The notes beneath the pieces were generated by a model, which saw nothing but the letters and a program-made list of their open reading frames with translations, was not told where the DNA came from and made no database searches. From contig CAVTHK010000013.1 in assembly GCA_963734495.1 (NCBI GenBank), forward strand, positions 513,171 to 577,170: a stretch of DNA of 64,000 nucleotides. Reading direction: 5' to 3'. A program made the translations under genes and the position numbers. The DNA comes from an uncultured Spirochaetota bacterium (GTDB taxonomy: Bacteria; Spirochaetota; Spirochaetia; SZUA-6; CAVTHK01). Positions 37,933-50,835 of the stretch are shown here, piece after piece; the stretch's first letter is position 1; every line of letters begins with the position of its first letter.

Positions 37933-39141
37933 CTATCGAGCGACGGCGACGGCGGCCGCTTCGCCGGCCGCGACCCGCCGCGCGCGCGGGACGACGGCCA
38001 GGGCCGCGAAGAGCACGAAGCCCGCGAGCGGGAGCAGGGCGGAGATCCTCAGGGTCCCCCCGAGCCCGCGGGCGTCGGCGACGGCGCCGAAGATCGCGGG
38101 GCTGGAGGCGTTGGCCACGGTCATGACGCCCATGAGGATGCCGAACACCTCGCCGCTGCCGAAGCGCGAGCCGAGGCGCGCCACGACGAGGTTCTGCGTC
38201 GGGCGTGCAGGCGAGCGAGACGACGCCCAGCAGGAAGACGAGGGGAAGGGCGACCGCGACCGTCCGCGCCGACCCGAGCAGGAAGACGACGGGGACCGTC
38301 GCGGCGGTGTAGAGCAGCAGGAGCAGGAGCGGGTTGCGCCGGTCCGCGAGCCTGCCGGCGGGCGGAGCGGCCAGCACCCCGCCCGCGAAGAAGAGCGCGG
38401 CGGCGTACGACGCGAGCTCGGGGCTCAGCCCCAGCTCGCGCGTGAGCATGGTCGGCACGAAGCTCATCGCCCCATTGACGCCCAGGAACCGCACCATGTT
38501 GCCGACCAGGTAGAGAAAAAAAGCGCGAGAGGCACGGCGTCGCCGGCAGGGCCGATCCGGTGGCGGCCTTCGGGGCGGTAGGGCCGCGCGCGCAGGAACA
38601 GCACGCCCATCGCGATGCCGGGGAGGGCGACGGCAACCAGCACGAGGCGCCAGCCGACAGCCTTCATCAGGAGCCCGGCCACCAGGGTCATGATGAAGGC
38701 GGCCGCTACGCCGAAGGTCTCGAAGATGCCGTAGGCCCGCCCCCGCCTCTCCGACACCGCCTCCTCGAGGCTGCCGTAGATCACCGGGTGAAACGTGCTC
38801 ACCCCCGCCCCGGCAAAGAGCAGCGCGGCGACGAAGAGCCCGAGCGCCCGGAAGGCCCCGGCGGCCGCGAACCCCCCCGCGGCCACGAGGAACCCGACGC
38901 CGATCAGCTTCCACCTCGGCACGCGGTCGGAGAGCCGGCCGAAGACAAAGGAGAGCACCGCGATCATCAGCAGGTAAGCCGAGAGGATCAGGCCCGCGGA
39001 CCCGTAGTGCAGCCCGTAGCTCGAGAGGATCATCGGCAGCACGACGGGCAGGATGAACCAGTAGGTGTCGTTGACCCCGTGGCCGAAGCGGCTCAAGGCG
39101 AGCAGGCGCCGCAGCTCGGCCCGGTCGGTGCGCGCGGGCAT
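37933..39141 (-). CDS. MFS transporter (FSR-like; frameshifted)
   Basis: GHGVNDTY, FGRLSDR, STFHP, RRGRAYGI, AGRLADR; multiple hydrophobic helices. Confidence 0.85.
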
Positions 39142-39282
39142 CGGGGGAGCATAGCACGGCCGGCCGGGCGACTGTCGACCACCTCGGCGCCCCCGGGTTA
39201 TTTCGTGATTCCGCTCGCGACTTCTTGACTCCGCGCGGAGGCGGGGACTATCTTCGCTTTACCTGTCATACGCGGGGTGGAA

Positions 39283-39681
39283 ATGGCTGGTCTGGCCGGC
39301 TATCTGGTGGCGGTGGTCGCACTCGTCGGTTTTCTCGTGGTGCTCACGCACCTGCTGGGCGAGCGCCACTCCGAGCGCGGGATGCGGGTCCCCTACGAGT
39401 CCGGCGTCCTGCCGACGGGCACCGCGCGGCTGCGCTTTCCCGCCGATTTCTACCTGATCGCCATGTTCTTCGTGATCTTCGACGTATCGGCCATTTACCT
39501 GTTCGCGTGGGCGGTCGCGGCCCGGGACCTCGGCTGGGCCGGCTACGCGGCGATCCTGCTGTTCATGCTGGAAACGGTTCTCGGTCTCGCGTACATCTGG
39601 CGCATGGGCGCCTTCGACTGGGGCGCGCGACGGCTGCGCGCCCACCTGCGGAGGCACGGGTTCGAACGTGGCGCGACATAG
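39283..39681 (+). CDS. nuoA: NADH-quinone oxidoreductase subunit A
   Basis: [27 protein letters not shown]. Confidence 0.93.
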   Translation: MAGLAGYLVAVVALVGFLVVLTHLLGERHSERGMRVPYESGVLPTGTARLRFPADFYLIAMFFVIFDVSAIYLFAWAVAARDLGWAGYAAILLFMLETVLGLAYIWRMGAFDWGARRLRAHLRRHGFERGAT

Positions 39682-40255
39682 CAGTTACCCCTTTTCCGAC
39701 CTGATGCTCTCCAGGCGCTCCGACCTCCTCGCCTGGGGACGAAAACGCTCGCTGTGGCCCTTCAACTTCGGGCTCTCCTGCTGCTACGTGGAGATGGCCA
39801 CGTCGCTCACGAGCCGCTACGACATCGCCCGCTTCGGCGCCGAGATCCTGCGGGGCTCGCCGCGGGAGGCGGACGTGATGATCGTGGCCGGCACCGTCTT
39901 CAAGAAGATGGCGCCGATCGTGCTCCACATGTACCAGCAGATGATGGAGCCCCGCTGGGTCATCAGCATGGGCTCCTGCGCCGGCTCCGGCGGCATGTAC
40001 GACATCTACAGCGTCGTCCAGGGCGTCGACTCCTTTCTGCCGGTCGACATGTACGTGCAGGGCTGCCCGCCGAGCCCCGACGCGTTCATGCGCGGGCTCC
40101 TGCTGCTCGGCGACATGATCGGGCAGGAGAAGCGCCCGTACTCGTGGGTCGTGGGCCCGCAGGAGGTGACGCGGCGCGAGCGGCCTTCGATGCGGGACCT
40201 GATGCGGCCCGAACGGCAGAAGCAGACCGTGCTTCCGTCGCCGGAGGGGGTGTAG
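39668..40255 (+). CDS. nuoB: NADH-quinone oxidoreductase subunit B
   Basis: [19 protein letters not shown]. Confidence 0.96.
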   Translation: MARHSSYPFSDLMLSRRSDLLAWGRKRSLWPFNFGLSCCYVEMATSLTSRYDIARFGAEILRGSPREADVMIVAGTVFKKMAPIVLHMYQQMMEPRWVISMGSCAGSGGMYDIYSVVQGVDSFLPVDMYVQGCPPSPDAFMRGLLLLGDMIGQEKRPYSWVVGPQEVTRRERPSMRDLMRPERQKQTVLPSPEGV

Positions 40256-40259
40256 CGAG

Positions 40260-42026
40260 GTGTCCAGCTCAGCCCAGGCGCCTGTCGTCGGCGAACGAAG
40301 CATCCTCCGCGAGATCTCGGACCGCTTCGGCGCGCAGTCCGTGGCGGCCCAGCCGACCGTCGATGGGATACCGACCGTCTGGGTCGGCCGCGAGACCGCG
40401 CACGGGCTCCTCGCATGGCTCAAGGGCTCCGCGGCGTACTCCACGCTTTTCGACCTGACCGCGATCGACGAGCGCACCCGGGTCCATCGCGAAGGCCAGC
40501 CGGCGTCGGACTTCACCATCGTCTATCACCTCCTGTCCCGGGAGCGCAAAGAGGACGTCCGCGTCAAGGTCGCGCTCCTCGGCGACCGCCCCTCGATCGG
40601 CACGGTCACGGACATCTGGCCCGCGGCCGACTGGTACGAGCGCGAGGTCTGGGACATGTTCGGCATCGGCTTCGAGGGCCATCCGCGCCTGAGGAGGATC
40701 CTGATGCCGCCGTGGTGGGACGGGCACCCGCTGCGCAAGGATCACCCCGCGCGCGCCACCGAGATGGAACCCTTTGCCATGAGCCAGGAGGACGCCGAGC
40801 GGATGCTCGCGGCGCTGGAGTTCAAGCCCGAAGACTGGGGCATGCAGCGGGAGACCGAAGAGCACGAGTACATGTTCCTGAACCTCGGGCCCCAGCACCC
40901 GGGCACCCACGGCGCGTTCCGCGTCACATGCCAGCTCGACGGCGAGGAGATCGTCGACCTCGTCTGCGACATCGGCTACCACCACCGCGGCGCGGAAAAG
41001 ATGGGCGAGCGCCAGTCGTGGCACACCTATATCCCGTACACCGACCGCATCGACTACCTCGGCGGCGTGATGAACAACCTGCCCTACGTCCTCGCGGTCG
41101 AGAAGCTCGCCGGGATCGAGGTGCCCGAGCGGGCGCAGGTGATCCGCATCATGCTGGCGGAGATGTTCCGCGTCATCAGCCACCTCGTGTATTACGGCAC
41201 CTTTTCCAACGACCTCGGACAGATGACGCCGCTGTTCTACATGTTCAACGACCGCGAGAGGGCGTTCGACATCGTGGAGGCGATCTGCGGCGGCCGCATG
41301 CACCCCATGTGGTTCCGCATCGGAGGCGTCGCTCAGGACCTGCCGGCGGGCTGGGACGGGATGGTGCGCGCGCTCCTCGCCCACATGGGCCCGCGCCTGC
41401 GCGATTACGACACGTCGGTCCTCAAGAACCGCATGATCAAGGCGCGCACGGTGGGCATCGGCGCCGTCTCCCGCGAAGAGGCGATCGCGTGGGGCGCCAC
41501 CGGGCCGATGGCGCGGGCGAGCGGCGTGGACTGGGACCTGCGCAGGGACCGGCCCTACGCGGGCTACGACCGGTTCGAGTTCGACGTACCGCTCGGGACC
41601 CGCGGCGACAGCTGGGACCGGATGATGATCCACGCCGAGGAGATGCGCCAGAGCCTGCGGATCATCGACCAGTGCCTCAAGAACATGCCCGCGGGCCCCT
41701 ACAAGTCCAGCCATCCCAGGACCACGCCGCCGCTCAAGGAGCGGACGATGCACGACATCGAGACGCTCATCGACCACTTCGTCGGCGTGAGCTGGGGGCC
41801 GGTGATCCCGCCCGGCGAGGCGTTCGTGTCCGTCGAGGCGACCAAGGGCAACCAGTCCTACTACCTCGTGAGCGACGGCGGCGCGATGTCCTACAGGACG
41901 CGCATACGGACCCCGTCCTTTGCGCACCTGCAGATGATCCCGATGATGAGCCGCGGCCTGACGGTGTCGGACCTCATCTCGATCCTCGGGAGCATCGACT
42001 ACGTCATGGCCGACGTCGACAGGTAG
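40260..42026 (+). CDS. nuoCD: NADH-quinone oxidoreductase subunit C/D (fused)
   Basis: [19 protein letters not shown] (C part) continuous with [29 protein letters not shown] (D part). Confidence 0.96.
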   Translation: MSSSAQAPVVGERSILREISDRFGAQSVAAQPTVDGIPTVWVGRETAHGLLAWLKGSAAYSTLFDLTAIDERTRVHREGQPASDFTIVYHLLSRERKEDVRVKVALLGDRPSIGTVTDIWPAADWYEREVWDMFGIGFEGHPRLRRILMPPWWDGHPLRKDHPARATEMEPFAMSQEDAERMLAALEFKPEDWGMQRETEEHEYMFLNLGPQHPGTHGAFRVTCQLDGEEIVDLVCDIGYHHRGAEKMGERQSWHTYIPYTDRIDYLGGVMNNLPYVLAVEKLAGIEVPERAQVIRIMLAEMFRVISHLVYYGTFSNDLGQMTPLFYMFNDRERAFDIVEAICGGRMHPMWFRIGGVAQDLPAGWDGMVRALLAHMGPRLRDYDTSVLKNRMIKARTVGIGAVSREEAIAWGATGPMARASGVDWDLRRDRPYAGYDRFEFDVPLGTRGDSWDRMMIHAEEMRQSLRIIDQCLKNMPAGPYKSSHPRTTPPLKERTMHDIETLIDHFVGVSWGPVIPPGEAFVSVEATKGNQSYYLVSDGGAMSYRTRIRTPSFAHLQMIPMMSRGLTVSDLISILGSIDYVMADVDR

Positions 42027-42037
42027 CGGAGGAAGGG

Positions 42038-42539
42038 ATGCTGAGCGAACGCGAGCGCGCGGGCATCGAGGAGGCGGCAAGACACTACGACGAGTCGGCC
42101 TCGGCCGTCGGCGACGCGCTCATGATCGTGCAGGAGTCGCGCGGCTGGGTGTCCGACGAGGCGGTCGCCGACGTCGCGGGCGAGCTGCGGCATGAGCGTC
42201 GAGGACGTCGACGCCGTCGCCACGTTCTCGGACCTGGTGTTCCGCAGGCCGGTGGGGCGCAACGTGATCCTCGTCTGCGACAGCGTGAGCTGCTGGATCA
42301 CGGGGTACGACGCCGTGATCGGGCACCTCAGGTCGCGGCTCGGCATCGGGCTGGGCCAGACCACGGCGGACGGGATGTTCACGCTCCTGCCGGTCGGCTG
42401 CCTGGGCGCCTGCGAGCAGGGCCCGGCGATGATGATCAACGGCGAGCTCATCGGCAACCTGACGCCGGCTCGCATCGACGAGGCGCTTGCGCGCTGCGGG
42501 CGCAACGGAGGCGGCTACGACAGAAAGGCCACTGACTGA
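42038..42539 (+). CDS. nuoE: NADH-quinone oxidoreductase subunit E (frameshift near 42190)
   Basis: ALMIVQESRGWVSD; VATF; CDSVSC; CLGACEQGP. Confidence 0.92.
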
Positions 42540-43782
42540 AAGGCTGCGGCCGGACGGACGGCCCGTCGACATAGGCTCCTACGAGGCAGCGGGGGGCTAC
42601 CGCGGCCTTCGCGCCGCGCTGGCGCTCGATCACAAGGAGGTGCAGGAGCTCGTCACGAGGTCGGGGCTCCGCGGCCGCGGCGGCGCCGGGTTCCCGACGG
42701 GGCTCAAGTGGAGCTTCGTGCCGGAGGACCCGGAGCACAAGCACTACTTCCTGGTGAACGCCGACGAGAAGGAGCCCGGCACGATGAAGGACCGCATCCT
42801 CATGGAGGGCGATCCGCACCAGCTCATCGAGGGCACGATCATCTCGGCGTACGCGGTCCGCGCCTCGACGGCCTACATCTTCCTCCGCCGCGAATACGGG
42901 CGGAGCGCCGCGGCCCTGGAGGCCGCGCTCGGCGAGGCGCGCGAGCGCGGCTACCTCGGCGAACGGATCCTGGGCTCCCACTTCAGCCTGGACATCCGGG
43001 TGCACCTGAGCGTCGGCAGGTACATGTGCGGCGAGGAGACCGGCCTGCTCAACGCGCTCGAGGGACGCAGGGCGACGCCCCGGAACAAACCGCCCTTTCC
43101 GCAGGTCGCGGGCCTGTGGGCCAGGCCGACCGTCGTCAACAACGTGGAGACGGTCTGCAACATCCCGCACATCCTGCGCGAAGGGTGCGACTGGTTCATG
43201 GAGCTCGCCGAGGGCCCCGACCGCGGCACGAAGCTCTACGGAATCAGCGGCAAGGTCAAGCGCCCCGGGGTCTGGGAGCTCCCCATAGGCGCCACGATGC
43301 GCGAGATCCTCGACCTGGCGGGCGGCATGGCCGACGGGCTCACGCTGCGCGGGTGGCTGCCCGGCGGCGGCTCGACCGACTTTCTCACGGCCGAGCACCT
43401 CGACGTGAAGATGGACTTCGATTCCCTCCCCAAGGCCGGAAGCCGCCTCGGCACCGGCACGGTGATCGTGCTCGACGACAAGACCTGCCCGGTGGGCATG
43501 GTCCTGAGCCTGGAAAAGTTCTTCGCGCGGGAGTCCTGCGGCTTCTGCACGCCGTGCCGCGAAGGCCTGCCGTGGGTGGCCCGCACGCTCGAGGCGCTCG
43601 AGGAGGGCCGCGGGGAGCCCGGCGACATGGACGTGCTCAGGGACCAGGTCGATCGGATGGCTCCGGGTCGCACCTTCTGCCTGCTGGCGCCGGGGGCCAT
43701 GGAGCCGCTGCAGAGCGCGCTCAAGTACTTTGCCGGCGATTTCGAGGCGCACATCCGCGACAAGAGGTGCCCGCACAGATGA
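42487..43782 (+). CDS. nuoF: NADH-quinone oxidoreductase subunit F
   Basis: SGLRGRGGAGFPTG, NADEKEPGT, YMCGEET, ESCGFCTPCREG; start uncertain. Confidence 0.96.
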   Translation: MRAAGATEAATTERPLTERLRPDGRPVDIGSYEAAGGYRGLRAALALDHKEVQELVTRSGLRGRGGAGFPTGLKWSFVPEDPEHKHYFLVNADEKEPGTMKDRILMEGDPHQLIEGTIISAYAVRASTAYIFLRREYGRSAAALEAALGEARERGYLGERILGSHFSLDIRVHLSVGRYMCGEETGLLNALEGRRATPRNKPPFPQVAGLWARPTVVNNVETVCNIPHILREGCDWFMELAEGPDRGTKLYGISGKVKRPGVWELPIGATMREILDLAGGMADGLTLRGWLPGGGSTDFLTAEHLDVKMDFDSLPKAGSRLGTGTVIVLDDKTCPVGMVLSLEKFFARESCGFCTPCREGLPWVARTLEALEEGRGEPGDMDVLRDQVDRMAPGRTFCLLAPGAMEPLQSALKYFAGDFEAHIRDKRCPHR

Positions 43783-46518
43783 AACCGCTCACCATTGTAG
43801 TCGACGGCATCCCGTACGCGGTCGATGGCGACGGCAAGAACCTGCTCGCGGTGTGCCTGTCTCTCGGCTTCGACCTCCCCTACTTCTGCTGGCATCCGGC
43901 CCTCCACTCGGTCGGCGCCTGCCGGCAGTGCGCCGTCAAGGTGTTCAAGGACGCATCGGACACCAGGGGAAGGATCGTCATGTCCTGCATGACGCCCGTG
44001 GTCGACGGCATGAGGGTCTCGATCGAGGACCCCGAGGCGCGCGGCGCGCGGGCCGGCATCGTCGAGGACCTCATGGTCAACCACCCGCACGACTGCCCGA
44101 TCTGCGACGAAGGCGGCGAATGCCACCTGCAGGACATGACGATCATGACCGGGCACGTCTACCGCCGCTACCGATTCAGCAAGCGCACGCACCGCAACCA
44201 GGACCTCGGCCCCTTCCTCAACCACGAGATGAACCGCTGCATCCAGTGCTACCGCTGCGTGCGGTTCTACCGCGACTACGCCGGCGGCAAGGACCTGCAG
44301 GTGCTGGGCTGGCACGACAACGTCTACTTCGGCCGCGCGGCCGACGGCCCGCTGGAGAACGAGTTCAGCGGGAACCTCGTGGAGGTCTGCCCGACCGGCG
44401 TCTTTACCGACAAGACCCTCGCTCAGCACTTTACGCGCAAGTGGGACCTGCAGACCGCCCCTTCGGTCTGCGTCCACTGCGCCGTCGGCTGCAACACGAT
44501 CCCCGGCGAGCGCCTCGGGCAGCTGCGCCGCATCAGGAGCCGCTACAACGGCGAGGTCAACGGCTACTGGATCTGCGACCGCGGCCGCTACGGGTACGAC
44601 TTTGTCAACGCGCCGACGAGGATCAGGGCGCCGCTTGCCCGCGCCAGTGGGCTCGCGCGCTCAGGCGGCGCGCCGACGACGGTCGCGCGCGAGGAGGCGG
44701 TGGCAAGGGCCGCCGCGATCCTCGCCGGCGGGCCCGCCGTCGGCATCGGCTCACCGCGCGCGTCGCTGGAGGCCAATTTCGCCGTGCGCGACCTCGTCGG
44801 CGCCGACCGCTTCTACCTCGCGGTGCCCGACGCGGAGCTCGCGCTGCTGCGCCTGATGGCCGACAGCTTGCGCGAGGGGCCCGCGCCTTCGGCTTCGGTG
44901 CGCGAGGCGGGCGAGGCCGATGCGGTGCTCGTGCTCGGCGAGGACGTCTGGAACACGGCGCCCGTCCTCGGGCTCTCGCTCAGGCAGGCCGCGCTCAACG
45001 CGCCGTTCGCGGCGGCCATGGCCGCCAAGCGCATCGCGCGCTGGGACGACGCCGCGCTGCGCAGGGCCGCGGCGGGGACCAAGGGGCCGTTCTTCGTGGT
45101 TACGGCCGAGCCCACGCCGCTGGACGAGGTCGCGGCCGAGTCGCTCCGCGCCGCGCCCGACGACATCGCGCGGGTCGGCTTTGCCGTGGCCCGCGCCCTC
45201 GACCCCGCGGCGCCGGAGGTCTCCGATCTGACCGAAGACGAGCGGGCGCGCGCGGACCGGATCGCTCTCGCGCTGCGCCAGGCGGCACGGCCCGTCGTGG
45301 TCAGCGGGTGCGGGCTCGGGAGCGCGGCCGTGATCCAGGCGGCGGCGAACGTCGCCCGCGCGCTCAAGGCCGCGGGCCGCGACGCCCGGATCGCGCTGGT
45401 CTTTCCGGAAGCGAACAGCTTCGGGGCGGCGCTCCTGGCGCGCGGAGGCCTGGAGTCCGCGGCGGCCGCCGTTGCGGCGGGCGCACGCGCCGTGGTCGCG
45501 GCCGAGGCCGACGTCACCCGCGGGGCGGACGCGGCGACGGCGGGCGTCCTTCTTCAGTCTCATCTCATCTCCATAGACCACACGACCACACGAGACGTCG
45601 CGCGGCGCTGAGGTCGTGCTGCCGGCCGCGACGTTCGCCGAGAGCTCCGGCACGCTCGTGTCGAGCGAAGGCCGGGCGCAGCGTTACTTCGCGGCGTTCC
45701 CCGCCGAGGGCGCGGTCCGCGAGACCTGGCGCTGGGCCGCGGACGTCGCCGCTGCCGCGGGCCGGCCGAAGCGCTGGGAGAGCCTCGACCAGGTGATCGA
45801 AGCGATCGAGGCCGAGGTCCCCGAGCTGCGGGGCATCGGCAAGGCCGCGCCGGGCGCCGCGTTCCGCGTCCACGGCCTGCGCATCCCGCGCAAGTCGCAC
45901 CGGGAGAGCGGGCGCACGGCGGTCAACGCGAACCTGACCGTGCACGAGCCGCGGCCGGCGCAGGACGCCGACTCGCCGCTCGCCTACTCGATGGAAGGGC
46001 TCGGCGGCGAGCCGCCCGCCGCGCTCATCCCGAGGTTCTGGGCGCCGGGGTGGAACTCGGAGCAGGCCGTGAACAAGTTCCAGATCGAAGTCGGCGGTCC
46101 GCTCCGCGGGGGCGATCCCGGCTTCCGCATCGCGGAGCCTCCAGCCGCGGAGCCCGCAGGCCGGCCCGCGGCGGGTACCACCGCGAGATCCCGCGCCGGT
46201 CGGAGGCGGCGAGCCCGCGACGGCTTCCTGCTGGTTCCCGCGCACCACGTGTTCGGCTCCGAAGAGCTCTCGTCGCTCGCCGCCGCGATCGCCCAGCGGG
46301 CGCCCCGGCCCTACGTCGCCTCTGTCGCGCTCGGACTGCGAGCGTCTCGGGCTCCGCGAGGGAGCGGAGGCGCGCGTGACGCTCGACGGCGCCGGCGCGA
46401 CGCTGCCCGTGGTCGTGAGGGACCTGCCGCCGGGCGTCGCCGCGGTCCCCGCCGGGCTCCTGGCCTCGCGGCCGCGCGCCTTCCCGCAAAGGCGCGCATC
46501 GAGGGAGGCGGCCGATGA
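43779..46518 (+). CDS. nuoG: NADH-quinone oxidoreductase subunit G (frameshifted)
   Basis: [51 protein letters not shown]. Confidence 0.95.
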
Positions 46519-47453
46519 TCGTCCTCATCGTCGCCCTGCTCTTCGGCGTGCTCACCGCAGCCGCGCTCGCCATCTGGTTCGAGCGGCGGCTGCTCGGGTT
46601 CTTCCAGGAGCGCCTCGGCCCGAACAGGGTCGGCCCCCTGGGAGTCGCCCAGGTCCTGGCCGACATGGTCAAGATCATGACCAAGGAGAACTGGATCCCG
46701 CCGTTCGCCGACAAGACGGTCTTTGTCGTGGCGCCCGCGGTGATCATGATCACGGTCCTCGCGTCGTTCGCGGTGATCCCCCTGGCGCCCGGCCTCGTCG
46801 TGGGCGACGTGAACGTCGGGCTGCTCTTCTTCTTCGCCATGTCGTCGTTCGCGGTCTACGGCGTCGCCTTTGCGGGCTGGGCCTCCAACAGCAAGTACTC
46901 GCTCCTCGGCAGCATCCGCGCGATCGGGCAGATGGTGAGCTACGAGGTCTTTATGGGCATCTCCCTGCTGGGGGTGGTGCTCATGGCCGGCTCCTTCCGC
47001 CTCGTCGACATCGTGGAGGCCCAGCGCGGCCTCTGGTACTGCGTGCCCCAGGCGATCGGGCTCGTCGTGTTCTTTATCGCGGGCCTCGCCGAGACGCGGC
47101 GCATCCCCTTCGACCTGCCGGAGGCCGAGAACGAGCTGGTCGCGGGCTACCACACCGAGTACTCCGGCTTCAAGTTCGCCATGTTCTACCTGGGCGAGTA
47201 CGCGGGGATCACGCTGATCTCCGCGATGGTGGCGACGCTCTTTTTCGGCGGGTGGCTGGGCCCCGTGCTTCCCCCGTTCGTCTGGCTCGTGATCAAGACC
47301 GTGTTCTTCGTGGGCGTCTTTATCCTGGTCCGGGCCGCGCTGCCGCGGCCGCGCTACGATCAGCTCCTGGCGTTCGGGTGGAAGGTCATGCTTCCCCTGT
47401 CGCTGGCAAATCTCGCAGTCACGGGCGGCCTCGTGCTCGCCCTTGGGAAATAG
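46515..47453 (+). CDS. nuoH: NADH-quinone oxidoreductase subunit H
   Basis: ERRLL...[37 protein letters not shown]. Confidence 0.96.
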   Translation: MIVLIVALLFGVLTAAALAIWFERRLLGFFQERLGPNRVGPLGVAQVLADMVKIMTKENWIPPFADKTVFVVAPAVIMITVLASFAVIPLAPGLVVGDVNVGLLFFFAMSSFAVYGVAFAGWASNSKYSLLGSIRAIGQMVSYEVFMGISLLGVVLMAGSFRLVDIVEAQRGLWYCVPQAIGLVVFFIAGLAETRRIPFDLPEAENELVAGYHTEYSGFKFAMFYLGEYAGITLISAMVATLFFGGWLGPVLPPFVWLVIKTVFFVGVFILVRAALPRPRYDQLLAFGWKVMLPLSLANLAVTGGLVLALGK

Positions 47454-47461
47454 GAGCTTCC

Positions 47462-47977
47462 ATGCTCAGCGTCCTTCACACGCTGTGGGTCGTGCTCAAG
47501 CACATCTTCTCGCCGCCGTTCACCGTCGAGTACCCGGAGAAGAAGCGGCACCTCGCCCCGCGCTGGAGGGGACGGATCGTCCTCACGCGCGACCCGGACG
47601 GCCAGGAGCGGTGCGTCGCCTGCTACCTCTGCTCGGCCGCCTGCCCGGTGGGCTGCATCTCGCTGCAGGCCGCCTACGACGCGAAGGGGCGGCGGTACCC
47701 GGAGTCGTTCCGCATCAACTTCTCGCGCTGCATCTTCTGCGGCTTCTGCGAGGAGGCCTGCCCGACCTACGCGATCCAGCTCACTCCGGATTTCGAGATG
47801 GCGGAGTACGAGAGGAAGAACCTCGTCTACGAGAAGGAGCACCTGCTGATCTCGGGCCCCGGCAAGTACCCGGGCTACAACTTCTACCGGGTCTCCGGGA
47901 TGGCGTTCCAGGGAAAGGACAAGGGCGAGGCCGAGAACGAGAGGCCCCCCGTGGACGTGCGCGACCTGGCGCCCTGA
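47462..47977 (+). CDS. nuoI: NADH-quinone oxidoreductase subunit I
   Basis: [12 protein letters not shown] and [12 protein letters not shown] (two 4Fe-4S motifs). Confidence 0.96.
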   Translation: MLSVLHTLWVVLKHIFSPPFTVEYPEKKRHLAPRWRGRIVLTRDPDGQERCVACYLCSAACPVGCISLQAAYDAKGRRYPESFRINFSRCIFCGFCEEACPTYAIQLTPDFEMAEYERKNLVYEKEHLLISGPGKYPGYNFYRVSGMAFQGKDKGEAENERPPVDVRDLAP

Positions 47978-48005
47978 CGGCGCCGCGAGCGGCGAGGGTA
48001 CCTAT

Positions 48006-48614
48006 GTGGATAAAGTGTTCGCGTTGAGCGCCGTCGTGGCCGTGGCCGCCACCGTGATGGTCATCACGCGGCGCGACGCCGTGCACGCTCTTCTCTACCT
48101 GATCGTCTCGCTGTTCGCCGTGGCCGTCGTGATGCTGCTGCTCGGCGCCGCGTTCGTCGCCGCGCTCGAGCTGATCGTCTACGCGGGCGCGATCATGGTG
48201 CTCTTTATCTTCGTGATCATGATGATCGGCCCGGAGCGGATCGCGACCCCGGGCCAGTCGTGGATCGGGCCTTCGGTCCTCGCCGCGGTCCTGCTCGCGG
48301 AGCTCGTGTACATCGTCGCGCGGTCGCCCGCCGGCGCGCCTGCCGGGGCCGCGGGGGCCGACCTCTCGCAAATCGCGCAGGTCGGCCCCGCGCGCGTGGG
48401 CATCGCGCTCATCGGGCCGTACGTGGTCGGCGTCGAGGTGGCGGCCTTTCTCCTGCTCGCGGGCCTGGTCGGCGCCTATCACCTGGGCAGGCGCGGAGGA
48501 GCGGGCGAGGGCGAGCGCACGGGCGAGGCGGCGGCGGACGCGACGAGCGCGGCCAGCGCTGCAGGCACGGTCGGCGCCCGCGCGCGCGACCGCGTCGGGG
48601 AGGGGCGGCCATGA
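48006..48614 (+). CDS. nuoJ: NADH-quinone oxidoreductase subunit J
   Basis: [24 protein letters not shown]. Confidence 0.94.
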   Translation: MDKVFALSAVVAVAATVMVITRRDAVHALLYLIVSLFAVAVVMLLLGAAFVAALELIVYAGAIMVLFIFVIMMIGPERIATPGQSWIGPSVLAAVLLAELVYIVARSPAGAPAGAAGADLSQIAQVGPARVGIALIGPYVVGVEVAAFLLLAGLVGAYHLGRRGGAGEGERTGEAAADATSAASAAGTVGARARDRVGEGRP

Positions 48615-48913
48615 CCGCGATCCAGCAGGGGCTCGCCCTGAGCGCCGTCCTGTTCGCCCTCGGCCTGACGGGCGTGCTGGTGCGCCGCAACCTGATCTTC
48701 ATCCTCATGTCCGTCGAGATCATGCTGAACGCCGCGGGGCTCGCCTTTGTCGTCGCGGGGGCGCGCTGGGGCGCTCCGGACGGCCAGGTGATGTTCATCT
48801 TTCTTCTGACGGTGGCAGCGGCGGAGGTCGCCGTGGGGCTCGCGCTGCTGATCCTGCACTTCGGCCGCCGCAAGACGCTGGACGCCGACGCGATCGGCCC
48901 GCGAGGAGAGTGA
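48611..48913 (+). CDS. nuoK: NADH-quinone oxidoreductase subunit K
   Basis: [32 protein letters not shown]. Confidence 0.95.
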   Translation: MTAIQQGLALSAVLFALGLTGVLVRRNLIFILMSVEIMLNAAGLAFVVAGARWGAPDGQVMFIFLLTVAAAEVAVGLALLILHFGRRKTLDADAIGPRGE

Positions 48914-48914
48914 C

Positions 48915-50835
48915 ATGCTCGCCTGGATCTGGGTGATTCCTGCCCTGCCGCTCGCGGGCTTCGTGCTCCTCGCGCCCGCGCGCCGTCTCCCGCGCGCCAT
49001 CGCCGCGTGGGTCGGCTCGGGCAGCGTCGGGCTCGCGATGGTCGCCTCGGCAGCGGCGGGCCTCGCGTTCGCCGCCGATCGCCGGCGCGGGCGGTCACGG
49101 TGACCGTGTGGCGGTGGTTCGAGGTCGGCGACCTCGTCACCTCCGTCTCGTTCTCGCTCGACGCGCTTTCGCTCGTCATGATCCTCGTGGTCACGACGGT
49201 CGGCTTCCTCATCCACGTCTACTCCGCGCGCTTCATGGCCGGCGAAGAGGGCTACAGCCGCTTCTTCGCCTACATGAACCTCTTCGTGGCCTCGATGCTG
49301 ATCCTCGTGCTCGCCGACAACTTCGTGCTCCTCTACCTCGGGTGGGAAGGCGTCGGCCTCTGCAGCTACCTGCTCATCGGCTTCTGGTACACCGACCCCG
49401 CCAACGGAAGGGCGGCGCGCAAGGCCTTTATCGTGACGCGCATCGGCGACGTCGCGCTCGCCATCGGCCTCTTCCTCATCTGGAACGAGCTCGGGAGCCT
49501 CGACATCCAGGAGGTCGCGCGCAGGGCTGCCACGACGTGGGCGGCGGGCTCCGCGGTCGCCACGTGGGCCGCGGCCCTGCTGCTCGGCGGCGCCGTCGGC
49601 AAGTCGGCCCAGCTCCCGCTGCAGACGTGGCTCCCCGACGCGATGGCGGGCCCCACGCCGGTGAGCGCCCTCATCCATGCCGCCACGATGGTCACCGCGG
49701 GCGTCTACCTCATCGCCCGCTCCAACGCGCTGTTCCTCCTCGCCCCCGGCGTCATGATGGCGACCGCGATCATCGGCGCGGCCGGCCTCCTCGTGGCCGG
49801 CCTGAGCGCGACCACGCAGACCGACATCAAGCGCGTGCTCGCCTACTCCACGATGAGCCAGCTCGGCTACATGTTCCTCGCCCTGGGCGTCGGCGCCTGG
49901 TCCGCGGCCATCTTCCACCTGCTGACGCACGCGCTGTTCAAGTCGCTGCTCTTCCTCTCCGCCGGCGTCGTGATCCTCGCCATGGACCACGAGCACAACA
50001 TCTCCGTCATGGGCGGCCTCGCGCGGAAGCTCCCCTTTACCTTTGTCGTCTTCCTCGTGGGAGCGTTCGCGCTCACTTCGCTCCCGCCGGTCACGGCCGG
50101 CTTCTCGAGCAAGGACATGATCCTCGCGCTGACCTATGAGGCGCCGGGCGGCCGCGCGCTGTGGGCGATCGCGGAGGCCGGAGTCCTCGTCACGTCGTTC
50201 TACACCTTCCGCCTGGTGTTCCTCGTCTTCCTCGGAAAGCCGCGCGCGGCGCTCACGGAGCCGAGGCTTCGGGCCACGACGGGCATCCGGCGGGGCGCCT
50301 CGCGGGTCCGGTCATGGGGCCGCCGCTGGCGATCCTCGCCTTCTTCTGCCTGGTCGCCGGCTTCCTCAACCTGCCGAGGACGCTCGGCGGCACCCCGTAC
50401 CTCGCGAGCTTCCTGCACAACGCCCTGCCGGCCGAGACGCAGGCGGAGCCGTCGATCGCGACGGAGGCGATGCTCGAGGCGCTGTCCGAGGCCGCGTCGC
50501 TGCTCGGCGCGCTCGCCGCCTGGCTCGCCGTGCGCCGGAGGCTCCGCGGCGAGGCGGCCCGGCCGCTCGGCGGCCTCGTCCGGGCGGGGAACCGCTTCCT
50601 GTTCTCGGGGTGGGGTTTCGACGCGATCTATGACCGCCTGCTCGTGAGGCCTTTCAACTGGATCGCGCGGGTGAACGCCCGCGACGTCGTCGATCGGCTG
50701 GCGGTCGGTGTCGGAGGCCTGAGCATGGCGTTCTCGAGGCTGTTCCGCAGCGCGCAGACCGGCCGGATCCGCTGGTACGCGGCGGGCCTGGCCGCGGGTG
50801 CGGTCCTCGTCGTGGCCGCGGCGGTGGCGCTATGA
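48915..50835 (+). CDS. nuoL: NADH-quinone oxidoreductase subunit L (frameshifted)
   Basis: WEGVGLCSYLLIGF, GKSAQLPLQTWLPDAMAGPTPVSALIHAATMV, HALFKSLLFL. Confidence 0.95.

Noticed and set aside
42507-42519. ACG start codon for nuoF after GGAGG
   Set aside because: Cannot be told apart from a miscalled ATG or an upstream TTG start.
572-46248. Very long antisense or alternate-frame ORFs (e.g. 572-3418, 14902-18078, 40269-42080, 28607-30592)
   Set aside because: Shadow ORFs expected in very high-GC DNA; Arg/Pro/Ala-rich and overlapping recognisable genes.
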